Shown here one piece after another: positions 48,061 to 57,837 of a stretch of DNA of 64,000 nucleotides; position 1 is the first letter of the stretch; every line of letters begins with the position of its first letter. This stretch comes from Acidobacteriaceae bacterium (lineage in GTDB: Bacteria > Acidobacteriota > Terriglobia > Terriglobales > Acidobacteriaceae), in assembly GCA_035943695.1 (NCBI GenBank), contig DASZBW010000022.1:4102-68101 (forward strand). Direction: 5' to 3'. The notes beneath the pieces are model-generated. The model did no database searches. It had not been told where the DNA came from and saw only the letters and a program-made list of their open reading frames with translations. Position numbers and translations under genes: made by a program.

Positions 48061-48091
48061 TGCGCAATCTCGAATCCAGCCCCGCTCCGTC

Positions 48092-48212
48092 AAGTTGATA
48101 GATATTCAAGATTATGAAGTTGATAGATATTGGAGGTTACGAAGCAGATAGAGATTGAAGATTGTCATCCTGAGCGAAGGCGCAAAGCGCCGTAGTCGAA
48201 GGACCTGCGGTT
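48092..48212 (+). repeat. 25-bp x3 AT-rich tandem array abutting a family B element
   Basis: AAGTTGATAGATATT at 48092 and 48117, degenerate third unit at 48142, then TGTCATCCTGAGCGAAGG...AGTCGAAGGACCTGCGGTT. Confidence 0.8.
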
Positions 48213-48276
48213 TCCCATAGCAGAGTTGTCGAAGCACCGTTTCACAACCAGAAGTCGAGACGAGAGGAGCACCGTG

Positions 48277-49566
48277 ATGGCCGACGCCGCAAACGTACCA
48301 GAACAAGATCGCGCCACACCACCCTGCCCCCACTTCGGCCCCTGCGGCGGCTGCCAGCTCCAGCACCTCACCTACCCCGCACAGCTTGCCCTCAAAGCCG
48401 CCCGTCTCAACCAACTCCTCGCCGCCACCAATCTCACGATCCCCGAACTCCAACTCCACGCCTCACCCCCACTTGCCTACCGCAACCGCATCCGCCTCAC
48501 CCTCGCCGAACACGCTGGCCAACTACGCGCCGGCTACCTCACCGCAAACGCACCGCAGCCAGCACTCACCGACATCGCGCCAGCATCCTCCAGCAACCAA
48601 CCCACCTTCCTCGCCATCACCCAGTGCCCCATCGCCGCACCCATGCTCTGGCGCACCACCGAAGCACTCCTCACGATCCTCAACAACCAGCCAGACTTTT
48701 GGCTCCGCAACCCCCGATTCAAGCTCGACCAGCTCGAACTCTTCACCACAGCCGACGAGTCCGCCCTCCAGTTCACCCTCCATCTCCGCACCGCTGCCAA
48801 ATCCCTGCCCACACAAATCACAGCGGCCTTCACCACCCTCTGCGAAACCCTCCGCACCGAACTCCCCCAACTCACCGGCGCATCCGTCGCCCTCCTCCCC
48901 CTCGCCAGCAAAGACCGCAGCCGCCGCAACGAACTCCCCCGCCCCGGTCCAACCTGGGGAGCCCCCGGCCTCCTCTACCCTGTCTCACAAATCGCCCCCA
49001 GCACTGCAGAACCCGCCACCAACTGGGTCCCCCGCGGGGCCTTCTTCCAGATCAACCGCTTCCTCATCCCCAAGCTCCTCTCGCTCGTCACCGAAGGTCG
49101 CAGCGGCCAACTAGCCTTCGACCTCTACGCCGGAGTCGGCCTCTTCTGCCGCGCCCTCGCCCACAGCTTCACCCGCGTCACCGCAGTCGAGATCGCCGAA
49201 CCAGCCGCCTCCGCCCTCGCCTCCACCAAGCTGCGCAACCTGCAAGCCGTCAAAGCCACCACTCTCGACTTCCTCCGCACCGCCGTCCTAGACCGCGACC
49301 GTCCCGACCTCATCGTGCTCGACCCACCGCGCACCGGCGCAGGCCCTGAAGTCTGCGCCCTGCTGGCCCGCATCGCCGCGCCCACGCTGGTCTACGTCTC
49401 CTGCTCCCCCGAAACCCTCCCGACCGATCTCACCACCCTCGCCACCTCCGGCTACACGGTTACCGAACTCCACCTCCTCGATCTCTTCCCCCAGACCAAC
49501 CACATCGAGACCATAGCCATCCTTACCCGCACCGCTTCCACTATCCCAAACCACGCCCCAGTGTGA
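48277..49566 (+). CDS. 23S rRNA (uracil-5)-methyltransferase, RlmD/TrmA family (no TRAM domain)
   Basis: CPHFGPCGGC, YRNRI, FFQIN, DLYAGVG, LDPPR, YVSC and DLFPQT.HIE motifs. Confidence 0.92.
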   Translation: MADAANVPEQDRATPPCPHFGPCGGCQLQHLTYPAQLALKAARLNQLLAATNLTIPELQLHASPPLAYRNRIRLTLAEHAGQLRAGYLTANAPQPALTDIAPASSSNQPTFLAITQCPIAAPMLWRTTEALLTILNNQPDFWLRNPRFKLDQLELFTTADESALQFTLHLRTAAKSLPTQITAAFTTLCETLRTELPQLTGASVALLPLASKDRSRRNELPRPGPTWGAPGLLYPVSQIAPSTAEPATNWVPRGAFFQINRFLIPKLLSLVTEGRSGQLAFDLYAGVGLFCRALAHSFTRVTAVEIAEPAASALASTKLRNLQAVKATTLDFLRTAVLDRDRPDLIVLDPPRTGAGPEVCALLARIAAPTLVYVSCSPETLPTDLTTLATSGYTVTELHLLDLFPQTNHIETIAILTRTASTIPNHAPV

Positions 49567-49596
49567 TTGAATCGGTGACGAAGGGCGGGCAGCCTG

Positions 49597-52407
49597 TTGC
49601 GGCAAATCTCTGGCACCTCCAGACCCGAATCCGAGAGCCGCGAAGCACGCGAGCGACGCCTCTGGCCCCGCGCCCCCCGCGTGGAACCACTGCAATTCCG
49701 CCGAGCCCCGCTGCTAGCCGCAGCCATCGCCTTCGCCCTCGGCGAAGCCCTGACGCAAATCCCGCCAGCAGCACCACGCTCCACGCTGCTCTTCATCGCC
49801 GGCATCAGCGCCCTCATCGCACTAATCCTCGTCGCCCGGCGCAAAGCACCACGGCTCGCAGCCGCCGCAGTCCTCGCCCTCTGGATCGCCGCCGGCCTCT
49901 GGTCCGCCCAGCTCGAACCCTCGCCCGCACCGCAGACCGCGCTGCTAGCCTACGCCGACGGCCTCAGCCGCAGCGTAGAAGGCCGCATCGTCCGCATCCG
50001 CACGCTACCGCCGCGCACTGGCCCCAGCAACGCCGACTCCGACCCCGATCAGTGGGACCAAACCGGAATCCCATCGACCGCAATCGACTTGGACGTCACC
50101 GCCGTCGAACAAGTCACACCCGACACATCGAGCATGCAGCCGATCACCGGCGGCATCCGCGTAACCCTCTTCGCAGACCATGCCGAGCACCAACAACCGG
50201 CTCTGCACTGCGGCGATGTCGTCGACATGCCCCTCCGCCTCCGCCCCCCCGAACGCTACCGCGATCCAGGCGTCTGGCAGTACGCCGACTATCTGCTCGA
50301 TCAAAAGATCGCCCTCACGGCCTCCACTTCACCCGAGAAGCTGCGCACGATCGCGTCGCCCCGAAGCTTTTCCTCGACCGCACACTGCCGCATCTTCGCC
50401 GCACAAAGCTGGGCCGCCGCACGCCTGCTCGCCTTCGTCTCCTCCGCACCCAACCGCCATCTCCCCGCCTTCCTTCGCCTCACTCCCGACGACGCAGGCA
50501 TGCTCAACGCCATGCTCTTCGGGGACCGCTCGCGCCTGACACACACGCTGCGTCTTGGCTTCGAACGCACCGGCTCCTTCCATCTCTTCGTCGTCTCCGG
50601 CATGCACGTCGCCCTGCTCGCAGGCATGCTCCTGTGGCTCGCACGCCGCTTTCGCTTCAGCAACTCGATCACAACCGTAGTCACGCTCATACTCGTCTCC
50701 GCCTACGCACTCATCACTGGCTTCGGCGTCCCCGTCCAGCGCGCGCTCCTGATGACTGCAGTCTTCCTGATCGCCCGCCTGCTCTCCCGCGAACGCAACA
50801 CCCTCAATGCCCTCGGCGCAGCCGCCCTTGCCGTGCAGGTCAACACCCCGCACGCCATCTTCGAAGCCAGCTTCCAGATGACCTTCCTCTCCATCGTCGC
50901 CATCGCAGGTATCGCCATCCCGCTCGGCGAACGCAGCTTCCTCCCCTATGCCACCGCCGTACGCGGACTACATCAACGCTGGCGCGACACAACCCTCCCC
51001 CCGCGCTTGACGCAGTTCCGCGCCATGACCCAGCTGTGGACCGAGAGCCTCAACGAGGCCTTCGGCTGGCCCATCGCTGCCCTCCCCGCAAGAACGATTC
51101 GCATCGCCATCTTCATCGCAGAACTAGCCCTGATCGGCCTGGTCGCCGAAACAGTGATGGTTCTGCCTATGGCACTCTACTTCCATCGCGCCACCGTCTT
51201 CGCGCTACCCGCAAACATGTTCAGCATTCCACTGGTGGCAATCCTCGTGCCGCTCGGCCTTGCAACCTTCCTCGCGGCCCTCATCAGCCCATACCTCGCC
51301 ACGCTACCCGCATCCGCACTCGCACTTCCGCTCCATAGCATTACGAACATCATCCACCGCATCAGCAGTCAACAATCCGCCGACCTCCGCGTCCCCGGAC
51401 CTACACTCGGACACGCGCTCATCGCGCTCGCCTGCTTCGCCTTCTGCTGCTGGGCCGTGCGACGTTCCCGGATCTGGGCATGGACCTCCATCGCAGTCCT
51501 CCCACTTGCAGCCGCAATCGTACTCTGGCCATCCGCACCCACGGTTCAGCCCAACCGCCTCGAAGTAACCGCCATCGACGTAGGCCAGGGCGACTCACTT
51601 CTGGTCGTCGCACCCACCGGCCAGACCATGCTGATCGACGCCGGAGGACCCACGGGTGCAGCCGCAAATGCCGAGAACGCCGCAGGCCTCACCTCCAACA
51701 CCAGCTTCGATATCGGCGACCAGGTAGTCTCCCCCTACCTCTGGTCCCGCCACCTCCGCCGCCTCGATGTAGTTGCCCTCACCCACGCACACTCGGACCA
51801 CATGGGCGGCATGCCCGCCATACTCCGCAACTTTCGCCCCCGCGAGCTCTGGGTAGCCGTCGACCCCAACTCCGCACCCTACCGCGCTCTGCTCGCGGAA
51901 GCCGCTACCCTGGGCATCCACGTACGGCATCTTCGCGCAGGCGACCGCATCGCGTGGAGCAGCGTCGATATCTCCGTCCTCGCGCCAACCAGCACTTACA
52001 CAAACATCGGTCCTCCCATCAACAACGACTCGCTGGTCATGCGCATGCAGTTCGGCAAGTCATCCGTCCTGCTCGAAGGCGATGCCGAAGCACCCAGCGA
52101 ACGCGCAATGGCATCCGCAGCGCGCAGCGGCCTCGGCGCGGCTCTAGGTCCCGATAGCCTGCTGAAGGTAGGCCACCACGGCAGCATGACCTCCACCGCC
52201 CCGGAGTTCCTCTCGCTCGCCGCCCCGCGGGACGCCGTAATCTCCGTAGGTCGTCAGAACACCTTCGGCCATCCCAGGCCGGAGATCCTCGAGCGTCTGG
52301 CAGCACAGCACACGCGCATCTTCCGTACCGACCAATCCGGCCTGACGACATTCCTGCTCTCGAGCGACGGCGGAATCGTCGTCGCTCCGCCCGCGTCTAA
52401 TCCTTAG
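49597..52407 (+). CDS. comEC: ComEC/Rec2 competence protein (start uncertain)
   Basis: HLFVVSGMHV competence domain, DVGQGDS, THAHSDH and KVGHHGS metallo-beta-lactamase domain. Confidence 0.93.
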   Translation: MRQISGTSRPESESREARERRLWPRAPRVEPLQFRRAPLLAAAIAFALGEALTQIPPAAPRSTLLFIAGISALIALILVARRKAPRLAAAAVLALWIAAGLWSAQLEPSPAPQTALLAYADGLSRSVEGRIVRIRTLPPRTGPSNADSDPDQWDQTGIPSTAIDLDVTAVEQVTPDTSSMQPITGGIRVTLFADHAEHQQPALHCGDVVDMPLRLRPPERYRDPGVWQYADYLLDQKIALTASTSPEKLRTIASPRSFSSTAHCRIFAAQSWAAARLLAFVSSAPNRHLPAFLRLTPDDAGMLNAMLFGDRSRLTHTLRLGFERTGSFHLFVVSGMHVALLAGMLLWLARRFRFSNSITTVVTLILVSAYALITGFGVPVQRALLMTAVFLIARLLSRERNTLNALGAAALAVQVNTPHAIFEASFQMTFLSIVAIAGIAIPLGERSFLPYATAVRGLHQRWRDTTLPPRLTQFRAMTQLWTESLNEAFGWPIAALPARTIRIAIFIAELALIGLVAETVMVLPMALYFHRATVFALPANMFSIPLVAILVPLGLATFLAALISPYLATLPASALALPLHSITNIIHRISSQQSADLRVPGPTLGHALIALACFAFCCWAVRRSRIWAWTSIAVLPLAAAIVLWPSAPTVQPNRLEVTAIDVGQGDSLLVVAPTGQTMLIDAGGPTGAAANAENAAGLTSNTSFDIGDQVVSPYLWSRHLRRLDVVALTHAHSDHMGGMPAILRNFRPRELWVAVDPNSAPYRALLAEAATLGIHVRHLRAGDRIAWSSVDISVLAPTSTYTNIGPPINNDSLVMRMQFGKSSVLLEGDAEAPSERAMASAARSGLGAALGPDSLLKVGHHGSMTSTAPEFLSLAAPRDAVISVGRQNTFGHPRPEILERLAAQHTRIFRTDQSGLTTFLLSSDGGIVVAPPASNP

Positions 52408-52451
52408 CGGTCAGGCGCAGCGGACCGGTAGGCCATCAATGGAGGTAGCCC

Positions 52452-52733
52452 ATGGAAATCTCCCGCACCACAAATACTGGACCTTCCATTCCCACGTCCA
52501 CACAGGAGCAGGCCGCGGAGCAGAAGCTCATTCGCCGCCTCCAGATGATGATGAACCTCGTCATGCAGACCATCGCACAGGATAGCTCGCTCTCCGTCGA
52601 TGAAGCCTCGCAGATGATCGCAGATTCGCGCAAAGCCGCGCTCGCCATGTTCCCCGGCAAGGAGCTCGCCTACGACCTCATCTGGCGTCCACGCTTCCAG
52701 CGCCTGATGCGCGAACGCTTTCGCATCATGTAA
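52452..52733 (+). CDS. Small helical hypothetical protein
   Basis: 93 aa, GGAGG RBS, typical codon usage. Confidence 0.7.
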   Translation: MEISRTTNTGPSIPTSTQEQAAEQKLIRRLQMMMNLVMQTIAQDSSLSVDEASQMIADSRKAALAMFPGKELAYDLIWRPRFQRLMRERFRIM

Positions 52734-52779
52734 CGCGATGCGGCAGGTAGAATGGCACGGATGAGCGACGCAGCGATAT

Positions 52780-54060
52780 GTGCAGACGATGACTGAAGCC
52801 ACGAATCCGCGCACGCTGCGCACCCATCAGACCATTACTCTCGTCCTGCTCTTCCTCGCAGGCGTGGTCAACTTTCTCGACCGCACCTCGCTCTCAATCG
52901 CAAACACCACGGTACGCACAGAGATGCACCTGAGCGCGACCCAGATGGGCTGGCTGCTCTCAGCCTTCTCGCTCGCCTACGGTCTAGCTCAACTTCCGCT
53001 GATCGGCCTGCTCGATCGCGCCGGTACACGCGTGGCGCTGGGTGGCGGCCTTATAGTGTGGTCGGCGGCGCAGATGCTCACTGGATTCGTCTTCACCTTC
53101 CCACTCTTTGTCGGGTTACGAATCGTTCTCGGCATTGGCGAAGCTCCTTTCTACCCCGCAGGCATACGCAGCGTCCGCGAGTGGTTCTCCGCGGAGACGC
53201 GCGCCCGAGCCACCGCCATCATGAGTTCCTCGCAGAACTTTGGCCTGGCGGTCGCTCCACCCATCCTCACCGCCATCATGCTCTCGCTCGGGTGGCGCCA
53301 GATGTTCATCGCACTCGGCGCAGCCGGTCTACTCGTAGCTCTTGCGTGGATCGGACTGCACCGCAGCCGCAACAACACGTCTTTCCGCGAGCCCCAGCAA
53401 GAACTCGAGCCCGCGGAGAGCAGTTCCGCAACGTCTTCGAAAGCCGCATGGAGTCTGCTCATCCGTCAGCGCACCGTATGGGGCATGATGCTCGGATGGG
53501 GCGGCATCAACTACACCGCATGGCTCTACCTCTCCTGGCTACCCGCGTTCCTCCAACAGCAGCGCCACCTTTCCCTGGGGCGAACCGGCTGGCTCTCAGC
53601 TATACCGTTTCTCGCGGGAGCAATGGGCATGCTCACCAGCGGAGCTCTCTCCGATGCACAGGCCCGCGCAGGTGCACCGCTCGCCAAAGTGCATCGGCGC
53701 AACATAATCGCTGGCATGGTCATCTCCGCACTCAGCACATTCCTCGTAGCACACAGCCACACCACGACCGAAGCGGTTGCCGGCATCAGCGCCGCGATGT
53801 TTTGCATCCACTTCGCGGGCACATCCGGCTGGGGATACGTGCAGACAATCAGCCCCCTGCGCTACGTCGCATCTTTATGCGCCCTGCAGAACTTCGCCGG
53901 CTTCATGATCGCCTCAGCCGCGCCAGTGCTGACAGGCTGGCTCCTCGACCGCACCCACTCGTTCACACTTGCGCTTGGCGTCTGCTCCGTCGTCGCGCTT
54001 CTCGGCGCCATCAGCTACGCCACTCTCGCCGCGCCAGACGGGATGCGGCTCGAAGTTTAA
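52780..54060 (+). CDS. MFS transporter (anion:cation symporter-like)
   Basis: NFLDRTSLSIA, GLLDRAGTR, RIVLGIGEAPFYP; about 12 TM segments. Confidence 0.9.
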   Translation: MQTMTEATNPRTLRTHQTITLVLLFLAGVVNFLDRTSLSIANTTVRTEMHLSATQMGWLLSAFSLAYGLAQLPLIGLLDRAGTRVALGGGLIVWSAAQMLTGFVFTFPLFVGLRIVLGIGEAPFYPAGIRSVREWFSAETRARATAIMSSSQNFGLAVAPPILTAIMLSLGWRQMFIALGAAGLLVALAWIGLHRSRNNTSFREPQQELEPAESSSATSSKAAWSLLIRQRTVWGMMLGWGGINYTAWLYLSWLPAFLQQQRHLSLGRTGWLSAIPFLAGAMGMLTSGALSDAQARAGAPLAKVHRRNIIAGMVISALSTFLVAHSHTTTEAVAGISAAMFCIHFAGTSGWGYVQTISPLRYVASLCALQNFAGFMIASAAPVLTGWLLDRTHSFTLALGVCSVVALLGAISYATLAAPDGMRLEV

Positions 54061-54251
54061 ATTCGTATCCCAGTCACAACCCATCCATCGCATCCATCCA
54101 TGCGGACAAGTCTGCGCAATCCGTTTCAACATCTGCACATTTTTGCGGTCTAGACCGCAGCAACATGGCTGGTTATACTCTGGCAATCACCGGGCCCCAG
54201 CTAACTGCATCGCCTGTCGCTGTGCAGTGTCCAAACATCATCGGAGCCTCC

Positions 54252-55358
54252 ATGCGCATCTTCAAACTTTGTAAATTGATTCCCGTTGCCCTCGTCCTCG
54301 CAACGACCTCCTCCGCCTTCGCCGACTACACCTACCAGGAGACCACGCAGATCACCGGCGGCTCGATCGTCAGCATGATGAAGCTGGCCGGAACATTCAG
54401 CTCCCAGGCACGCAAAGCGGGCGACCCCGTAGTCTCGACCCTGTACCTCAAGGGCAATCGCCTCGCCCGCGTCTCCGCCGACAGCATGGAGATCATCGAT
54501 CTCGACAAGCAGAACGTCACCCATGTCGACATGGTGAAAAAGACGTATACCGTCATCACCTTTCAGCAGATGAAGGACCAGGTAGCGAAGGCGCGCCAGC
54601 AGATGCAGCAAACCACCGCGCAGCCATCCACCGCACCGGCCACCAATAACAATGTTCAGATGAGCTTCGACGTAAAAGTCCGCGAGACCGGAGCCAGCAA
54701 GCAGGTCAGCGGCCTCGACGCGAAAGAGGCCATCATGAACATGACCATGAACGCCACCGACAAGACCACACAGCAGACCGGCGCCATGGCCGTCACCAAC
54801 GACCTCTGGCTGGTGCCCGAGATTCCCGGATACAAACAGATCGGCGAATTCTACGCACGCATGGGCAAGGAGATGGGTTCCATCACCGCAGGCGTAGGCC
54901 TCGACCTCAGCAAAATGCTGGCGCAGAATCCCGGAGCTTCGCAGGCGCTGACCGACATGGGCAAGGAGATGCAGAAGATCAAAGGCGTGCCCGTCCTGCA
55001 AATCATGCGCATGGGAACGACGATCAACGGCCAGCCTCTCCCCGCGGCATCCGAGGCCCCGCTCCCACCCGACAATACGCCAGCCATGCCCAGCGGCAGC
55101 GACATCGCAAAGCAGTCCGCCGCCTCTGCAATCACCAGTCGCCTCGGCTCATTCGGAGGCTTCGGCGGCTTCGGCCACAAGAAGCAACCGCCCCCACCAC
55201 CCGCAGACCCAACTCCAGCGACAGCGGCCACCCCCACCAGCGCGATCCTCATGGAATCGCAAACCACCATCTCCAGCTTCTCCTCAGCCGCCGTCGACGC
55301 ATCGCACCTCGAAGTGCCATCGGGCTTCAAACAGGTCCAGGCGGAGGGGACGCGCTAG
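54252..55358 (+). CDS. Secreted hypothetical protein (DUF4412-like)
   Basis: Signal peptide ..TSSAFA-DY; ends VDASHLEVPSGFKQV. Start reset to the ATG at 54252. Confidence 0.7.
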   Translation: MRIFKLCKLIPVALVLATTSSAFADYTYQETTQITGGSIVSMMKLAGTFSSQARKAGDPVVSTLYLKGNRLARVSADSMEIIDLDKQNVTHVDMVKKTYTVITFQQMKDQVAKARQQMQQTTAQPSTAPATNNNVQMSFDVKVRETGASKQVSGLDAKEAIMNMTMNATDKTTQQTGAMAVTNDLWLVPEIPGYKQIGEFYARMGKEMGSITAGVGLDLSKMLAQNPGASQALTDMGKEMQKIKGVPVLQIMRMGTTINGQPLPAASEAPLPPDNTPAMPSGSDIAKQSAASAITSRLGSFGGFGGFGHKKQPPPPPADPTPATAATPTSAILMESQTTISSFSSAAVDASHLEVPSGFKQVQAEGTR

Positions 55359-55452
55359 CTGGCCCGTCGCCCTACCGAACGGCACAAAATACGCTCCACT
55401 AGGGCATACGGTCACCCGCTTGTCGGACATGCGACAATCTTTGTAGCGACCT

Positions 55453-57837
55453 ATGCCCATACCAGCTGAAAATTCATCCACGACCGCGGCACCTGAGGCT
55501 CCGGTTGCGGTCCCCGCGCCAGCGCAGATCACCCCGGCTCTGCTAAAAACGCACAGCATCACACCCGACGAGTACGCCCGCATCGAAAAGCTGATGGGCC
55601 GCACCCCCAGCCTCACCGAGCTGGGCATCTTCTCCGTCATGTGGTCTGAGCACTGCTCCTACAAGTCCAGCCGCGTCCATCTCAAGCGCCTGCCCACCAA
55701 AGGCACACGCACCTCCGGCCCCGGCTCCGTAGTCCAGGGCCCCGGCGAGAACGCCGGCATCATCGACGTAGGCGACGGCTGGGCCTGCGCCTTCAAGATC
55801 GAATCGCATAACCACCCCAGCTACATCGAGCCGTACCAAGGCGCAGCCACAGGCGTCGGCGGCATCCTGCGCGACATCTTCACCATGAACGCCCGCCCCT
55901 TCGCCGTCATGGACTCCCTCCGCTTCGGCCCACTCGATGAAGCCGAACCCGACGAAACTCTCCGCCGCAAAAATCACGCCGTAGTCAACGGCGTAGTAGG
56001 CGGCATCGCGGGCTACGGCAACTGCTTCGGCGTCCCCAACCTCGGCGGCGAGACGCGCTTCGAGCCCTGCTACAGCGGCAACCCTCTGGTCAACGCCTTC
56101 GCCCTCGGCCTCGTCCGCACCGACGAGATCTTCTACGCCAAGGCCACCGGCGTCGGCAACCCCGTCCTCTACGTCGGCGCCAAGACCGGCCGCGACGGCA
56201 TCCACGGCGCAACCATGGCCTCCGAAGAGTTCACCGAAGGCTCCGAGCAGAAGCGCCCTAACGTACAGATGGGCGATCCCTTCATGGAGAAGCTTCTCCT
56301 CGAAGCCTGCCTAGAAGCCATGACCACCGGCGCAGTCCTCGGCATTCAGGACATGGGCGCCGCCGGCCTCACCTGCTCCACCTGCGAGATGGGCGCACGC
56401 GGCGAACTAGGCGTCTCCATTGAGCTCGACCGCGTCCCGCAGCGCGAGACCGGCATGACCAGCTACGAGATCATGCTCTCGGAATCGCAGGAACGCATGC
56501 TCCTCGTCGCCGACAAAGGCCGCGAACACGAAGTCCTTGCCGTCTTCGCCAAGTGGGGCCTCGACGCCTCCATCGTAGGCATCGTCACCGCCGACGACGT
56601 AATGCGTGTCACCCACCACGGCGAACTCGTAGCCGAGATCCCCAACAAAGCCCTCACCGACGACGCACCGGTCTACAACCGCCCTGTCGGCACCTGGAAG
56701 TCCCCCTTCCCACTCGATCCACCTGCCTCCGTCCTCGAAGCACTCAAGCAACCACGCGACTACACCGCCGACCTCAAAAAGCTCCTCGCCTCCGCCAATA
56801 TCTGCGACAAACGCTGGGTCTTCGAGCAGTACGACTCCATGGTCCAAACCAACACCGTCCAGGGCCCCGGCAGCGAAGCCGGCGTCATGCGCATCAAGAA
56901 CAATGACGGCCAGCCCCAGCGCGGCATCGCCATGGCCCTCGCCGGCAACGGCCGCTGGTGTTATCTCGACCCCAAACTCGGTGCCATGCACGCCGTAGCC
57001 GAAGCCGCCCGCAAGGTAGCCTGTACCGGCGCCACCCCCGTGTCGGCCACCAACTGCCTCAACTTCGGCAACCCCGAAAAACCCGAGATCATGGCGCAGC
57101 TCTCCTCAGCCATCGACGGCATCGCCGAAGCCTGTACCGCACTCGGCACCCCCGTCACCGGCGGCAACGTCAGCCTCTACAACGAGACTAAAGGCGAAGG
57201 CATCTATCCCACCCCGGTCATCGGAATAGTGGGCCTGCTCGACGACGTATCCAAAGCCGTGCCCAGCGGCTTCCAATCCATCGGCGCAAAGGTCCTGCTG
57301 CTCCAATCCACCGCAGGAACCCCAGCCGCACTGGACCAGGAGTTGGGCAGCTCCGACTTCGCCCGCACCAATCTCAATGAGTTTTGGGGCACACCTCCAT
57401 GGATCGACCTCGAAGCAGCCGCAGCCATGAACAAGGCCCTCGCCGCACTCGCCCAGCGCGGCCTCATTCGCTCAGCCGAAGACATCTCCGACGGCGGCCT
57501 CGCAGTAGCTCTGGCCCGCTCCACCTTCGTTAAAAACATCGGCGTCAAAGCCACCCTCGGCGCACTCTCCGAAGCTGAATACACCTCCGCACTCTTCGCC
57601 GAGAACGCCACAGAAGTCCTGGTCACCTGCGACTTCGAAGATTACGGCCACATCTGCACCCTCCTCGATGAGATGGGCGACCACATCTGGCCCCTCGACC
57701 TCGGCGAAACCATCCCCGACCAGGTCCAGATCTTCGCCGGCAGCATCCCCTTGATCGAAGCACCCATCACCGACCTCCGCCACCCCTGGTCCCACACCCT
57801 CGAATCGCAGCTAGCAGCGGAGGTCGTCACCGCATGA
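55453..57837 (+). CDS. purL: Phosphoribosylformylglycinamidine synthase subunit PurL (small type)
   Basis: [38 protein letters not shown] and DISDGG motifs. Confidence 0.97.
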   Translation: MPIPAENSSTTAAPEAPVAVPAPAQITPALLKTHSITPDEYARIEKLMGRTPSLTELGIFSVMWSEHCSYKSSRVHLKRLPTKGTRTSGPGSVVQGPGENAGIIDVGDGWACAFKIESHNHPSYIEPYQGAATGVGGILRDIFTMNARPFAVMDSLRFGPLDEAEPDETLRRKNHAVVNGVVGGIAGYGNCFGVPNLGGETRFEPCYSGNPLVNAFALGLVRTDEIFYAKATGVGNPVLYVGAKTGRDGIHGATMASEEFTEGSEQKRPNVQMGDPFMEKLLLEACLEAMTTGAVLGIQDMGAAGLTCSTCEMGARGELGVSIELDRVPQRETGMTSYEIMLSESQERMLLVADKGREHEVLAVFAKWGLDASIVGIVTADDVMRVTHHGELVAEIPNKALTDDAPVYNRPVGTWKSPFPLDPPASVLEALKQPRDYTADLKKLLASANICDKRWVFEQYDSMVQTNTVQGPGSEAGVMRIKNNDGQPQRGIAMALAGNGRWCYLDPKLGAMHAVAEAARKVACTGATPVSATNCLNFGNPEKPEIMAQLSSAIDGIAEACTALGTPVTGGNVSLYNETKGEGIYPTPVIGIVGLLDDVSKAVPSGFQSIGAKVLLLQSTAGTPAALDQELGSSDFARTNLNEFWGTPPWIDLEAAAAMNKALAALAQRGLIRSAEDISDGGLAVALARSTFVKNIGVKATLGALSEAEYTSALFAENATEVLVTCDFEDYGHICTLLDEMGDHIWPLDLGETIPDQVQIFAGSIPLIEAPITDLRHPWSHTLESQLAAEVVTA

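Noticed and set aside
53058-54251. N-terminal part of the 766-aa ORF
   Set aside because: Off-frame overlap with the MFS gene; the signal peptide begins at 54252.
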